Below are positions 34,724 to 48,072 of a stretch of DNA of 56,211 nt, in pieces (the first letter of the stretch is position 1; each line of letters opens with the position of its first letter). Source of the DNA: Leucoraja ocellata (lineage: Eukaryota); contig JAWMAR010002394.1 in assembly GCA_036785375.1 (NCBI GenBank), positions 69,790-126,000 of the forward strand. The letters are read 5' to 3'. The position numbers and the translations under genes were made by a program. The notes beneath the pieces were generated by a model. It was not told the origin of the DNA and made no database searches. It worked only from the letters and a program-made list of their open reading frames with translations.

Positions 34724-37700
34724 TGAAATTCTTTCCACAAAGTCAGCTTCCAGCACCTTGATGACAGCTGCAGGTGAGACTACTTCCTTGATCTGTGTTC
34801 TACGGACATAATGCACTTCTCTTGTGAGGTTTAAAGAGGATTGAATACCTGATATCACTTGCTTCACGATAACCTGGTGACTCACTCCAATAGCATCTCC
34901 ATAATCGAGACATAGGTTGCCATGGCCAACTACACTCCAGCCCAAGTCGGTTTCATTGCAAAGGGCTGATTTTCTTCACCAGGTAGCACTTCGCTTGGGA
35001 CGAGAGCTTGAGGACAGTTGTAGCCAATTAGTAAGCCAACGTTGCAGCTTTGATGTGGAGCTATGTCATCTGCGATGTGTTCGAGATGAGGCCATGCCAT
35101 TGCAGTCTCTGGTGAGGGAATATGGTCTCTGTTTGCAGGTATGAATTCTCTTGGGTAGGTCACTGGCAGCTGGATTATCTTGTCTGAGTAAAATCCTCTT
35201 ACTTGTAGACCAGTCAGATTCCTACAGGACACAACTGTGTTTCTTGAAGCCATTGAGGAGAGCTTTAGCTGAACTGGTTTGTTCTTCACGTGTAGAGCTT
35301 TTGCAGTGTCTTCTAGGTGAAAGGTTGTGTCACTCTGTGTATCCAGAAGTGCATACACAAGAACTTCACGATTAGGCTCACTTGTGACTGACACCCACAC
35401 TGGGATGATGGTGGACGTATGGGTGTCTTTGACATGCTGGATGACTCTATTGGATGTTGCCTCAGGTGAGGTTCTTGTTGTCTTATCTGGTGATCGGTTC
35501 ATCTTGCCTTCCGTTGACTGCTCACGGTCTCTTGCTTCATCAGGGCCTTGTTAACATCCTTCCTTCCTTGGTGCGATTGCCGTGGAGGCAAGTTGGATGT
35601 CTCCTTTCACATGTATTGCAGATCATTCTGTTTTCACATTCCTTTGAGCGATGGCCAGACTTCAGACAACCAAAGCACAACTTCCTTTCTTGAACAAACT
35701 TGACTCGCTCAGAGACCGCCTCATCCATGAATTTATAACACTTGTGTAGACTGTGACCTTCCCTCTCACAGAACACACAGCTTGTGGCGACAGCCTTCTC
35801 ATCAGAGTTTGTTACCAATACCTTTGCTCCAAGACCTCTGTTCATTGAAGCCTTGCTCTTCTCAACGTCACTTGGTTTTAGAGCGTAGAGGGACGTTATC
35901 GGTTTGCAAGCAATTTTTTCTTCACGTGTGAGGAACTTGACGAATTGGCTGAAGCTTGGGAACTTGTGACTTTGTTCTTCCACTTTTATGACTTTCCTGT
36001 TCCATCTTGAGGTCAGCCAGTCTGGAAGTTTAGCAAGCATTTTCTGATTCTCGTTGCAGTCATAGAGTACCTCAAGACCTCTAATCTGAGACATGGCGGC
36101 CTCACAGATGCGAAGGAAGTCAGTGAGTTCTTGAAGTTCTAAACTGCCTTTGGAGCGTATCTTGGGCCATGAATCAAGCTTGTCTCTGAAGGCTTTGGCG
36201 ATGAGGAATGGATTGCCATAATCTCTCTTCTAGGAAGGTCCATGCTGGTCCACGCTGCATGATAGGCTGACTCTGTGCCTAGCAGAAAGTATCTCTCTAT
36301 GGCCTTCTTGGCAGCTCCACCCACATACCCTCGCAGATAATATATCCTTTCTTCACCTGGATGATTTGGTGCGGTGAGATTTGATGCTCATCTTATCTGA
36401 GTCTGCAGAATTGAACAGAGATTCTGTATCTTTAACACCTTTTTCTTCATCCACTTGACATTCACTCTTTCCCGTGTTTAGATAACCTCTTGCCGTTTTG
36501 ATTATCTTCGTTGTTACTGATTCACAGGTGTCTACTCTGCGACGTGTGTCATGATCTAGAAGGTCGATGTGTCTCAGCTCTTCATAAACAGCGTTCAGAT
36601 TCTTTGAAGCATTGCTTACCTTGGTGATGTGTTCGTTCAGCAGGTTGTTTGAGCATTGACCACTCAGCGCTCCTTTGGCCTCCTTAATGACAGCCTTCCA
36701 CTTCTCGTAGCTCACACTGAAACGGTGTGCAACCTTTCTTATTTGCTCATCGTGCAGTTCTTGGCCCTTTTCCTTTAGCTTGCGGCCTCTTTGTCCTCTT
36801 TGTGGCTCTTGTGAGGAAGTGTGGATATCATCTCCAGTGCCTTTGGTCGTTTGTGGTTGTGCGTCTGGGCAGTGCTGTTTCGTGTCATCACCTTCATCAT
36901 CTTCTCTGTCACTTTCAGGGGAAAGCTCAAACTCTGACATTTTACTTGGTTTACTTTAGTTTGGTTTAAATCTAATATTTTCTTATGTTGAGTAAGTACC
37001 TAATTAATAAATAAATGTTATAGTGTTATCAACTTAAATCACTCTGAGTGATCATTAGACAAATAAAGGTATCAACTCTTCCACAGGTAAGTTACATATG
37101 CATTAAACACTTGTTAAGTAACATAAATGCACCTTTAAATTACTATGAGTACTGCTTGTTTTAACAGGATGTTTACAGTGTAACCATCAATAAACTAATT
37201 CTCAATATCAACACAGTGTGAGTATCTATGGTCTTCAATAAGGAAAGGTGAGTAAACAACATAAATGAAATGCACATTATATCTCAGTCTCTTGTGCAAC
37301 ACACTTAAAGTCCTTTAGTTGTAGAAAATAACAACATCAACTTATTAAATGAAAATGTAGATAATATATCAGTCTCTTGTGCAAAACATGAGTTTTTCCT
37401 TAGCAGCAATATTCACACTAGCGGCACCTGGGCCTTCCTGTGGGCTTGCTCTTCTTGTGTTTCAGCGTAGGTGGTGGTAGAAAATCCACACACAGCATGG
37501 ATATGGTTCGTCTCTTCTCGGCTGCTGCCGTCTGGTGACGTCCTCCTCGGCTACTCATGCAGAGCAGTCGAGTTCTCACTGTAGCTCCCAATTAGTACAC
37601 GAGGCCTGAGGTCGTGGTTAAATACGGGCTTTATTTTCGGCTCCAACCAACCCGTGAGAACTCGTCCACTGCTTACTACTTAAGAGGTGTTTCTTGGTTT

Positions 37701-37884
37701 CTTCGTAGCCATGGCTTCTGTCTTTCTTTATGATTTTGCTTATTTAACGTTTAACTTATTTTGGCCGTGTATCCCCTTTGTGTTGCTTCCTTTTTCTTTG
37801 CTGCCCCCCAAGGCGGCCAACAACCGTGCCCCACGGAAACTAAGTTGGCAATTTAATTCCGCCCTTAGGAACGCAACTATTACA
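34724..37884 (-). mobile_element. BEL/Pao LTR retrotransposon, 5' part (LTR 37580-37884)
   Basis: Paralog of 9935-13090 with the same junctions. Confidence 0.85.
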
Positions 37885-38572
37885 GGTAGGATCCAAAAAA
37901 CGTGAGGTTCAGAATTTAACTAACTGCCGATGCGGGGCAGTTACATTGCAGATGTCCCATACGCTTTCCATTTTCGGTGATGGGTTGAACAGTGCTCCGT
38001 GAGATGTTCAAAGCTTGCGATATTTTTTTATAACCTGACCCTGCTTTAAACTACTCCACAACTTTATCCCTGGCCTGTCTGGTGTGTTCCTTGGGCTTCT
38101 TGATGCTGTTTGTTCACTAATGTTCTCTAACAAACCTCTAAAGCCTTCACAGAACAGCTGTATTTATACCGAGATTAGATTACACACAAGTGGATTTTAT
38201 TTATTAATTAGGTGACTTCTAAAGTCAATTGGTTGCACTGCATTTTATTTAGGGGCATCAGAGTAAAGGGGGCTGATTTCTTTTGCACGCCACACTCTTC
38301 AGTTTTTTATTTGTAAAAAATTTGAAAACCATGTATCATTTCCCTTCCACTTCACAATTATGCGCCACTTTGTGTTGGTCTATCACATAAAATCCCAATA
38401 AAATACATTTGCGTTTGTGGTTGTAACGTGACAAAATGGATCAGCGCGTCAGGAAGCATCTCTGGAGAATATGGACAGGCGACGTTTCGGGTCTGGACCT
38501 CTCTTCAGACGGATTTCCCATTTCTTCCGCAGATGCTGCCTGACCTGTTTTTGTGTTTGTTTCCGCCCACAG

Positions 38573-38617
38573 GTAGTCGTTCAAAGATGCAGTGGAGTGT
38601 GGTCGCTTGGTTCTTTC
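38573..38617 (+). CDS. Putative leader exon of gene C, truncated by N-gap
   Basis: Acceptor at 38571-38572; ATG 38587, MQWSVVAWFF. Confidence 0.6.
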
Positions 38618-39481
38618 NNNNNNNNNNNNNNNNNNNNNNNNNNNNNNNNNNNNNNNNNNNNNNNNNNNNNNNNNNNNNNNNNNNNNNNNNNNNNNNNNNN
38701 NNNNNNNNNNNNNNNNNNNNNNNNNNNNNNNNNNNNNNNNNNNNNNNNNNNNNNNNNNNNNNNNNNNNNNNNNNNNNNNNNNNNNNNNNNNNNNNNNNNN
38801 NNNNNNNNNNNNNNNNNNNNNNNNNNNNNNNNNNNNNNNNNNNNNNNNNNNNNNNNNNNNNNNNNNNNNNNNNNNNNNNNNNNNNNNNNNNNNNNNNNNN
38901 NNNNNNNNNNNNNNNNNNNNNNNNNNNNNNNNNNNNNNNNNNNNNNNNNNNNNNNNNNNNNNNNNNNNNNNNNNNNNNNNNNNNNNGGATAGAGAGAGTG
39001 GNNNNNNNNNNNNNNNNNNNNNNNNNNNNNNNNNNNNNNNNNNNNNNNNNNNNNNNNNNNNNNNNNNNNNNNNNNNNNNNNNNNNNNNNNNNNNNNNNNN
39101 NNNNNNNNNNNNNNNNNNNNNNNNNNNNNNNNNNNNNNNNNNNNNNNNNNNNNNNNNNNNNNNNNNNNNNNNNNNNNNNNNNNNNNNNNNNNNNNNNNNN
39201 NNNNNNNNNNNNNNNNNNNNNNNNNNNNNNNNNNNNNNNNNNNNNNNNNNNNNNNNNNNNNNNNNNNNNNNNNNNNNNNNNNNNNNNNNNNNNNNNNNNN
39301 NNNNNNNNNNNNNNCTCCCGACATTAAGAGGCGTCTCGCCAGGAACTTGAAACGCTGAGACATAGAAAGGCCATGATCCTAACGCGAGTAAATGGGATTG
39401 TGTAGATAGGTGTAATGGATGGCATTGACGGGGTGGGCCGAAAGGCCAGCGCCGAGACTATAATATTCTTTCTGGTTTCAG

Positions 39482-39803
39482 GTGCTGTTGGATACGATGA
39501 ATCGATCATACAATCACGAAGCAGATCACAGTTACTGAAGGCGGGACTGTGCGGCTAAACTGTGCATTTGTTGCCAAGGCAATTGGTTTCATTAGTTGGT
39601 ACAAAGACGTGGAAACTCGTGCCGTTTCCAACAGGAGCGGCGACTATTATGGTCGCGTTCTGAAAAATATTCACAGGGAATTCTAAAAGTGTCCATCGAA
39701 ATCACTGGCCTCAAAATGAACGATACAGGAAGGTATTACTGCCTAGTGAGTGTTTTCGCAGTGGGAACATATCATGGTCACGGCACAGATGTCACGGTCA
39801 CAC
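39482..39803 (+). pseudogene. Ig V exon V7, frameshifted (short-CDR1 type, paralog of V4)
   Basis: 322 nt; single-base deletions near 39516 and 39668; splice sites intact. Confidence 0.7.
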
Positions 39804-40366
39804 GTAAGTTTGCAGAACCTTAACTTTATCTTTACTGTTCTAAAAAACATTCTTAATCCGACTCCACTTGCCTTTGTGTGTTGGATGGAACTGCAGACAC
39901 AAAAAACTGGAGAAACTCAGCGGGACAGGAAGCATCTCTGGAGAGAAGGAATGTGTGACGTTTTGGGTCGAGACCCTTCTTCAGACTGGTTAGGGATAAG
40001 GGAAACGAGAGATATAGGCGATGATATAGAGAGATATAATGAATGACATATATGCAAAGGGTGTCAGCAGTCAAGATTCGAATGAGTTTTATTGTCATGA
40101 TTGTCTGAGAAAAGTAACCATGATAAAGGTAACAGGCCATTGTTCGCTGTGTGTTGGGTGATAACGAGAAGCTGGTGCGGCTTGGGTGGGGTGGGTGGGG
40201 AGGGGGGGGAGAGAGAGAGAGGATGCCGGAATTACTTGAAGTGAGAGAAATCAATATTCATACCACTGGGGTGTAAACTGCCCAAGCCAAATATGAGATG
40301 CTGCTCCTCCAATTTGCATTTAGCCTCACTCTGACAATGCAGGAGAAATATTCTTTCTGGTTTCAG

Positions 40367-40695
40367 GTGCTGTTGGATCCGATGAATCGATCATACAATC
40401 ACCGAAACAGATCACAGTTACTGAAGGCGGGACTGTGCGGCTAAACTGTGCATTTGTTGGGAACCCGAATATAATTGTGGCCTTTAGTTGGTACAAAGGC
40501 GTGGAAACTCGGGCCGTTTCGAACACGAGCGGCGACTATTATGGCCGCGTTCGGACAAGTATTTCACCGGGGATTCTAAAAGTGTCCATCGAAATCACTG
40601 ACCTCAAAATGAACGAGACAGGAAGGTATTACTGCCGAATGAGTGTTTTCACAGGGGAATATATAATGGTCACGGCACAGATGTCACAGTCACAC
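40367..40695 (+). pseudogene. Ig V exon V8, 1-nt deletion near the 3' end (paralog of V5)
   Basis: 329 nt versus 330 nt for V5; ggggaatatat versus ggggaaatatat near 40658 (homopolymer, possible sequencing error). Confidence 0.65.
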
Positions 40696-40800
40696 GTAAG
40701 TTTCCGTTTCTTAACTTTGTCTTTACCATTCTCAAAAAACATCCTTAACACCGGCCACCGCACGTCTCAACAACGAAACGTTGTCAGATTAGATTTAGGA

Positions 40801-43800
40801 GACTTCCGGTGGCGCTATGGAGACCTAAAGTCCAGCGCCAACCAGCTCCGACTCGAGGAAGGGAAAAAACGGAGAAAACGGACCTACCTGCAGCGATCGC
40901 AATCTAAACGGCAGCCTGCGTGACGTCATCAGGCCTGCGACTCAAGATATGTCGATACAACACTCCCCCCCCCCCCCCCCGCGGGGGAAAAAAATCGGGT
41001 AAAGGAAGACCCCAGATGGAAGAAGAAGGCCCTACAGAAGCCTCGGCCTCAGTTACAGTGATGGCCCAAGAAGAACTTCCAAAGAAACCCAAAGGGAGAA
41101 AATCGGAAATGGATGATCTGAGAATCTTTTTGGCTGCTGAACTGAAGATTTTTGGAGAGAAATTAGACACCTTCAAGGTAGATCTTAAAGCAGAAATACA
41201 CGCCACAGTTGAACAAATGTTTGAAAACTGGAAGCGGACGAGGGAGGAGGAGGTCAAAAACCAGATGGAAGCGGTGGAAACTAGACTCGTTTCGTTGGAA
41301 ACAAAGGTTCAAACAGAGATGGACCCTATCCGCCACGAACTTAATCAACACAGAATAGCGATAACCGAGCTTGAGAAATGTGCGGCGACAAGTGCAGAAA
41401 CAGTAAGTCAGCTCCTTATTGAAAACCAACGTCTCACAAGTATGGTGAGCAAACTAAATGATAAATGTATTGATCTGGAAGGGCGTCAAAGACGTAAGAA
41501 TCTAAGAATTGTAGGGGTGAAAGAAGGAAGCGAGAGGGAAATGGGCACCTCGGGATTCGTGGCAGACCCTTCTATAAAGTCTTAAAACTGGATCACAAAC
41601 CTCTACTCGGTCGTGCCCATAGAGCGCAGCGACGTCGTACGCAAGATGTTGCCCACCCAAGACAAATAATCGTAAAAGTCCTACAGGATCATGAATTTGA
41701 TGAGATAATGAAGAAAAGTGTTCGGAGCGGGTCAACTTCTTTTTGAAGGCGTGNNNNNNNNNNNNNNNNNNNNNNNNNNNNNNNNNNNNNNNNNNNNNNN
41801 NNNNNNNNNNNNNNNNNNNNNNNNNNNNNNNNNNNNNNNNNNNNNNNNNNNNNNNNNNNNNNNNNNNNNNNNNNNNNNNNNNNNNNNNNNNNNNNNNNNN
41901 NNNNNNNNNNNNNNNNNNNNNNNNNNNNNNNNNNNNNNNNNNNNNNNNNNNNNACGCCAGTTGCGAAAAATGGAAGGGGAAAAAATAATTCATAAAATTA
42001 GAACAGAGACAGGAGAATTATTAAAAATGCCCAAAGATATAAATGATAGATTTCTACAATACTATCATAACCTTTATTCAACTAAAACGGTAGCACAATC
42101 AGAAGGAATAGCAGATTTTTTAATAAAATGTAATTTAAAAGGTTTAGATGCAAATGATAGAGAATTATTAGAAAGGGAAATTACGATAAAGGATATTGAG
42201 GAGTCTATTGGCTCTCTAAAAAATGGTAAAGCAATAGGGCCAGACGGTCTAGGTTCAGAATTTTACAAAAAATTTCATGATCTGCTGAGCCCACGCTTGC
42301 AAAGACTATATGATCACATTTACACTCAACAGAAACTCCCAGACACCTTAAATGAGTCTATAATAACGCTTATTCCTAAAGCCGATAAAGATCCGGAAGA
42401 TCCGGGATCATACAGAGCAATTGCACTTCTGAACACAGACCAGAAAATACTAACTAAAATACTAGCACATAGATTAAGTACAGTGATAAATAAATTAATA
42501 CACCCTGACCAAACAGGCTTTATTCAGAAACGGTATTCATATTATAATCTAAGAAGATTATTTAATATTATATATACCAAGAGAATTATTAATGAAGATT
42601 TAGCAATAATCTCACTTGACGCTGAAAAAGCATTTGATCAGGTCGAATGGCCTTATTTATTTTCGGTGATGGAAAAGATGCAGCTAGGGGAGAAATTTTG
42701 CACATGGATAAAACTACTATACACAAATCCTACGGCTAGAATACTTACCAACCAAAGACTTTCATCTAAATTCAGTCTATCTAGAGGTTGTAGACAAGGA
42801 TGCCCGTTATCTCCATTACTATTTGCACTTGCAATTGAGCCGCTTGCAGAAAGAATTAGGGGGCATCCGGAAATATATGGGTATAACACTAAAGACACAG
42901 TGAATAAAATTTCTTTATATGCAGATGACGTATTAATTTACATCACTAAACCAGAAATTAGTATCCCAAACCTATTAAAACTAATAAACCAATTTGGTGC
43001 ACTTTCAGGATACAAAATAAATTGGAATAAAAGTGAAATTATGCCAATAAGGGAACATAACAAACAGATAATACAACTATTCCCATTTAAAGTAGTAAAT
43101 GAAAAATTTAAATATCTAGGTATCTACGTAACTAAGATATATACATCATTATTTAAAGCGAATTTCCCTCCATTATTGAATAAATTACATAAGAATATCC
43201 AATACTGGAAAACATTACCTATCTCAATGGTTGGCAAAATTAATGCCATAAAAATGATTTTTTTACCACAAATATTATACCTTTTTCAGACGATTCCGAT
43301 ATACCTGGCAAAAAACTTCTTTAAAAAATTGGACTCTATTGTTAATGATTTTATCTGGGATTATAAGAATCATAGGATAAGCAAAAGACACTTGTGTAAA
43401 TCAAAAAATAATGGAGGCTTGGTTTTACCTAACTTTTTGTTTTATTTCTGGGCAGTTAATATTAAAAATATGAACTTCTGGTTGGGAGAAATAGACCAGC
43501 AACCAGACTGGTTAAAAATGGAAAAGGAAGATTGTATGCCTTATGACATTGGTTCGATATTATTTGCTACGTCCAAATTAAACAAGAAAATTTACAGGGA
43601 AAACCCTATAATATTTAGTGCTATAAAAATTTGGAAACAATTAAAAAATACATTAAAATTAGATAACTTATCTCTTTCTCTTCCAATCGTGAATAATTCA
43701 TTGTTTAAGCCTTCATGTTTAGACGGGGGTTTTACACAATGGAAGAATAATGGAATTAAAAATATGGGACACCTTTACAAGGAAGGCTCTTTTTTGACAT

Positions 43801-45015
43801 TTCAGGAGTTGCAACAGGTTTATGGACTTCGAGGGAATGATTATTTCAGATATCTTCAACTTAGAAATTATGTTAAATCAAATTCTAAAAACTTTCGAAA
43901 TAGAAACCCAGAGATTCTTGACGAATGTTGGAATAAGCATCCTAATACAGAAAAATTAATATCTTTTATATATAATATCTTATTAGACAGTGACCTCCCT
44001 ATGACGGACTTACACAGACAAGCATGGGAAAAAGAATTAAATCAGGTAATAACGAAAGACACTTGGGAAGAAAGTTTACAATACATACATCAGTGTTCAC
44101 TAAACGCCAGACACTCTCTAATACAATTTAAAGTAATACATAGGTTACATTACGCCAAAACAAAATTACATAAAATTTTTCAACATATCTCACCTATATG
44201 TGATAAATGTCAACATTCAGAAGCTACGTTATCGCACATGTTTACAAGCTGTACAAAAATTAAAAATTTTTGGGTAAATATTTTTAGTATAATATCCAAA
44301 GTAACCAAAACACAACTGGAACCAAACTCAAAATTAATAATACTCGGAATATTAGAATTAAATCAAACACTTAGAATAACACAAAGAAACTTTATCGATT
44401 ACAGTTTAATAACAGGAAAAAAATTAATCCTAAAATTTTGGAAAGGCCCTACGGCCCCCACAATCAGAATGTGGATTATAGAAATGACGGAGACCTTAAA
44501 CGTGGAAAGAATTAGACTTGCCCTGTTGGACAAACAGGAATTATTCGTTGGAACATGGTCTCCTTTTATTGAGTACTTAAAGGGTCAGAATAGTTCAGCA
44601 CAGGAACCTGACTAGCACCCGGACTAAAGATTGGATGAAATACTACACTTTGAAATATACGAACATATCTCGAATGATGTCTTTAAACTTAAACAAACTT
44701 TTCCATTCTTCCTTAATTACCTTTTTCACCCCTCTCTCTTTTTATTTTTTTTTATTTTTTTATTTTTATTTTTATTTATTTTTTTTATTTTCCCCCTCTC
44801 TTTCCCTCTTCTTTCTCTCTATTTCACCTATCCTTTTAGTTCTATCTAGTTATAAAAAAAAAAAAAATGAAGAAAAATGTAAAAAATATTGGAGACAATG
44901 TAATAATAACTGTCAATGTTATAATTTTAAAAATGTAAGACAGTAATGATGTAATAGACTATGTACTTATCTCCAATAATAATAAAAATATAAATAAAAA
45001 AAAAAAAAAAAAAAA
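40801..45015 (+). mobile_element. L1-clade LINE with intact 5' end, internal gap and TSD
   Basis: Same gacttccggtggcg start; ORF2 open from the gap to its stop at 44615; poly(A); TSD agattagatttagga at 40786-40800 and 45016-45030. Confidence 0.93.
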
Positions 45016-47150
45016 AGATTAGATTTAGGAACCAGGGGACACAGTTTGAAAATAAGGGGGAGGCCATTTAGAACGGAGACGAGGAAACATCTTTTCACCC
45101 AGAGAGTTGTGAATCTGTGGAATTCTCTGCCACAGAAGGCAGTGGATGCTTTAAAGAGGGAGTTAGATTTAGCTCTTAGGGCTCAAAACGGAATCAAGAG
45201 TTACGGGGAGAATGCAGGAACGGGGTACTAATTTCAGATGATCATATTGAATGGCGGTGCTGGCTGGAAGGGCCGAATGGCCTACTTCTGCACCTATTTT
45301 TCTATGTTTATTTGTTTTTAAATTCCAATGTGCAAGATCAGTCACAGAGTGATACAGTGTGGAAACAGGCCCTTCGGCCCAACTTGCCCACAGGGGCCAA
45401 CAGTGTCCCATCTATACTAGTCACAGAGTGATACAGTGTGTAAACAGGCCCTTCGGCCCAACTTGCCCACACCGGCCAACAATGTCCCATCTACACTAGT
45501 CCCAACTGCCTGCGCCTGGTCCATATCCCTCCAAACCTGTCCTATCCATGTACCTGTCCAACTGCTTCTTAAACGATGGGATAGTCCCAGCCTCAACTAC
45601 CTCCTCTGGCAGCTTGTTCCATAAATCGAGCACCCTCTGTGCGAAAAAAATATCCATCGGATTCCTACTGAATCATTCCCCCTTCACCTTGAACCTGTGT
45701 CCTCTGGTCCTCGATTCTCCTACTCTGGGCTAGGGACTGTGCATCAGTGTACGGGATGTAGAGAGAATCGGTGCATCATTTGATATAATCCGTGCCGATT
45801 TCATGGTCGCTTTCGACGCTGTAACATCCATGAATGTTGAAGCACAAAATCGGAATAACAAACATATGACCATACCCTGGCGGGGAAGATGGAGGAACTG
45901 TAAGGAAAGTACAGTGGGTTCAGGAAAGCTGGAGAGAGGGGCAACACGGTGGCGCGGTGGTAGAGTCGCTGCCTTACAGCGCCAGGGACCCCGAGTTCGA
46001 TCCTGACTACGGGTTCTGTCTGTACGGAGTTTACGTTCCCCCTGCGTGGGTTTCACCGGGAGCTCCGTTTTCCTCCCACACTCCAAAGACGCACTGGTTT
46101 GTAGGCTAATTGGCGTCGGTAACAAAATTAAATTGTCCCTAGTGTGTGTAGAATAGCATTATTTTGCTGGGTTCGTTGATCGCAGCGGACTCGGTGGGCC
46201 GAAGGGCCTGTATCCGCTCTGTATCTCTAAACTAAACTAAACCAAAGTGATTATTGTCCATTGTGGGCGAAATCCCCATTTCTAGAACGAGGCAAGAAGC
46301 CATTTTTTTCCCATCGAACAGCAAACCAGTTCCCTCTAAATTCACATTCACGCTCCAGTCACTCCGTCTCCTCCATAAACCAGGGGTGATTTACAGCTGT
46401 ACTTCTTCTTCTTGCGAATGAAACATAAATAAACTAAAGGAATAGTTAGATCTCAAGCCGGGTGCTGAGCAGCCAGGTTGTTGTCACTTGTCGTCAATGT
46501 CTGCCAGGCCCTGACACAGCTCCATTTGGTGGGTGGGAGAGCGGGCACCCAGAGATGACATGCTTGGCTGCCTGTTGTTCTGCTCCACATTCACAGGCTG
46601 GGCTCTGGCGGAGCCCCCGTCTCCACATGCTGGCATTGAAACGCCCAACTCCAGTACCAAGTCTGTTGAGCTTCACCCATGCTCCTCTGGGGAGGTCAGA
46701 CCCTGGACAGGTTTGATCTGGTGAACAGATGGAGCTGTGTAATGGAGATGAGGTTGCCTTCCACTCCTGTGACCACTTGGTGGCTATCCAGTGTGCTTTT
46801 GTCTCAGTTGGCTGGATGGATGCTAGGAGTTGTTTAGGGATGTTAATTGCCTGTCAGGACGCGCGTCCTTGGGTTGAGAGAGGAAGCAAGAACGCCCAGG
46901 GGAAACGCAGGCAATATAATGGAGAACGTGCAAACTCCACACGGACAGACAGCACCCGGGGTCAGGATCGAACCCGGGTTGTCTCACGACATTTAAGAGG
47001 CGTCTCGCCAAGCATTTGAAACGCTGAGACATAGAAAGGCCATGATCCTAACGCGAGTAAATGGGATTGTGTAGATAGGTGTAATGGATGGCATTGACGG
47101 GGTGGGCCGAAAGGCCAGCGCCGAGACTATAAGATTATTTCTGGTTTCAT

Positions 47151-47482
47151 GTGCTGTTGGATCCGATGAATCGATCATACAATCACCGAAGCAGATCACA
47201 GTTACTGAAGGCGGGACTGTGCGGCTAAACTGTGCATTTGTTGGCAACAAAAGCAGTTCAATTGGGCCATTAGTTGGTACAAAGACGTGGAAACTCGTGC
47301 CGTTTCCAACACGAGCGGCGACTATTATGGTCGCGTTCTGAAAAATAATTCACCGGGAATTCTAAAATAATCCATCGAAATCACTGACCTCAAAGTCAAC
47401 GATACAGGAAGGTTTTACTGCCGAGTGAGTGTTTTCCCAGGGGAAATATATAATGGTCACGGGACAGATGTCACGGTCACAC
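47151..47482 (+). pseudogene. Ig V exon V9, true pseudo-exon
   Basis: Acceptor AG>AT (47149-47150), 1-nt deletion near 47264, nonsense TAA at 47368-47370, YYC>FYC. Confidence 0.88.
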
Positions 47483-48072
47483 GTAAGTTTGCGTTACCTA
47501 AAATTTGTCTTTACTGTTCTAAAAAACATTCTCAACACCGGCCACTACACGCCTGAATAACCGAGCTTTGTCAGTTCAGATAGAGGCACAGACATTAATT
47601 ATATATGGAGGAACCATGGGACACAGTTTAAGAATAACGGGTAGGCCATTTAGGACTGAGATGAGAAAACACATTTTCACCCAGAGAGTTGTGAATCTGT
47701 GGAATTCTCAGCGTCTTAAGGCAGTGGAGGCCGGTTCTCTGGATGCTTTCAAGAGAGAGTTAGATAGAGATATAAAGATAACGGAGTCAAGGGATATGGG
47801 GAGAAGGCAGGAATGGGGCAATGATTGTGGATGATCAGCCATGATCACAGTGAATGGCAGTGCTGGCTTGAAGGGCCGAATGGCCTCCTCCTGCACCTAT
47901 TGTCTATTGTCTATTGCCCACACCGGCCAACAATTTCCCAGCTACACTAGTCCCACCTGCCTGCGCCTGGTCAATATCCCACAAAACCTGTCCTATCCAT
48001 GTACCTGTCCAACTGCTTCTTAAACGATGGGATAGTCCCAGCCTCAACGACCTCTGGCAGCTTGCTCCATAC

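Noticed and set aside
41718-44615. 965-aa ORF joining L1 ORF1 to ORF2
   Set aside because: Artefact of translating through the N-gap.
627-47482. Rearranging TCR/Ig/IgNAR locus with V segments
   Set aside because: V exons already include the J-like strand and end in splice donors; no RSS, D/J segments or C1 constant exon seen.
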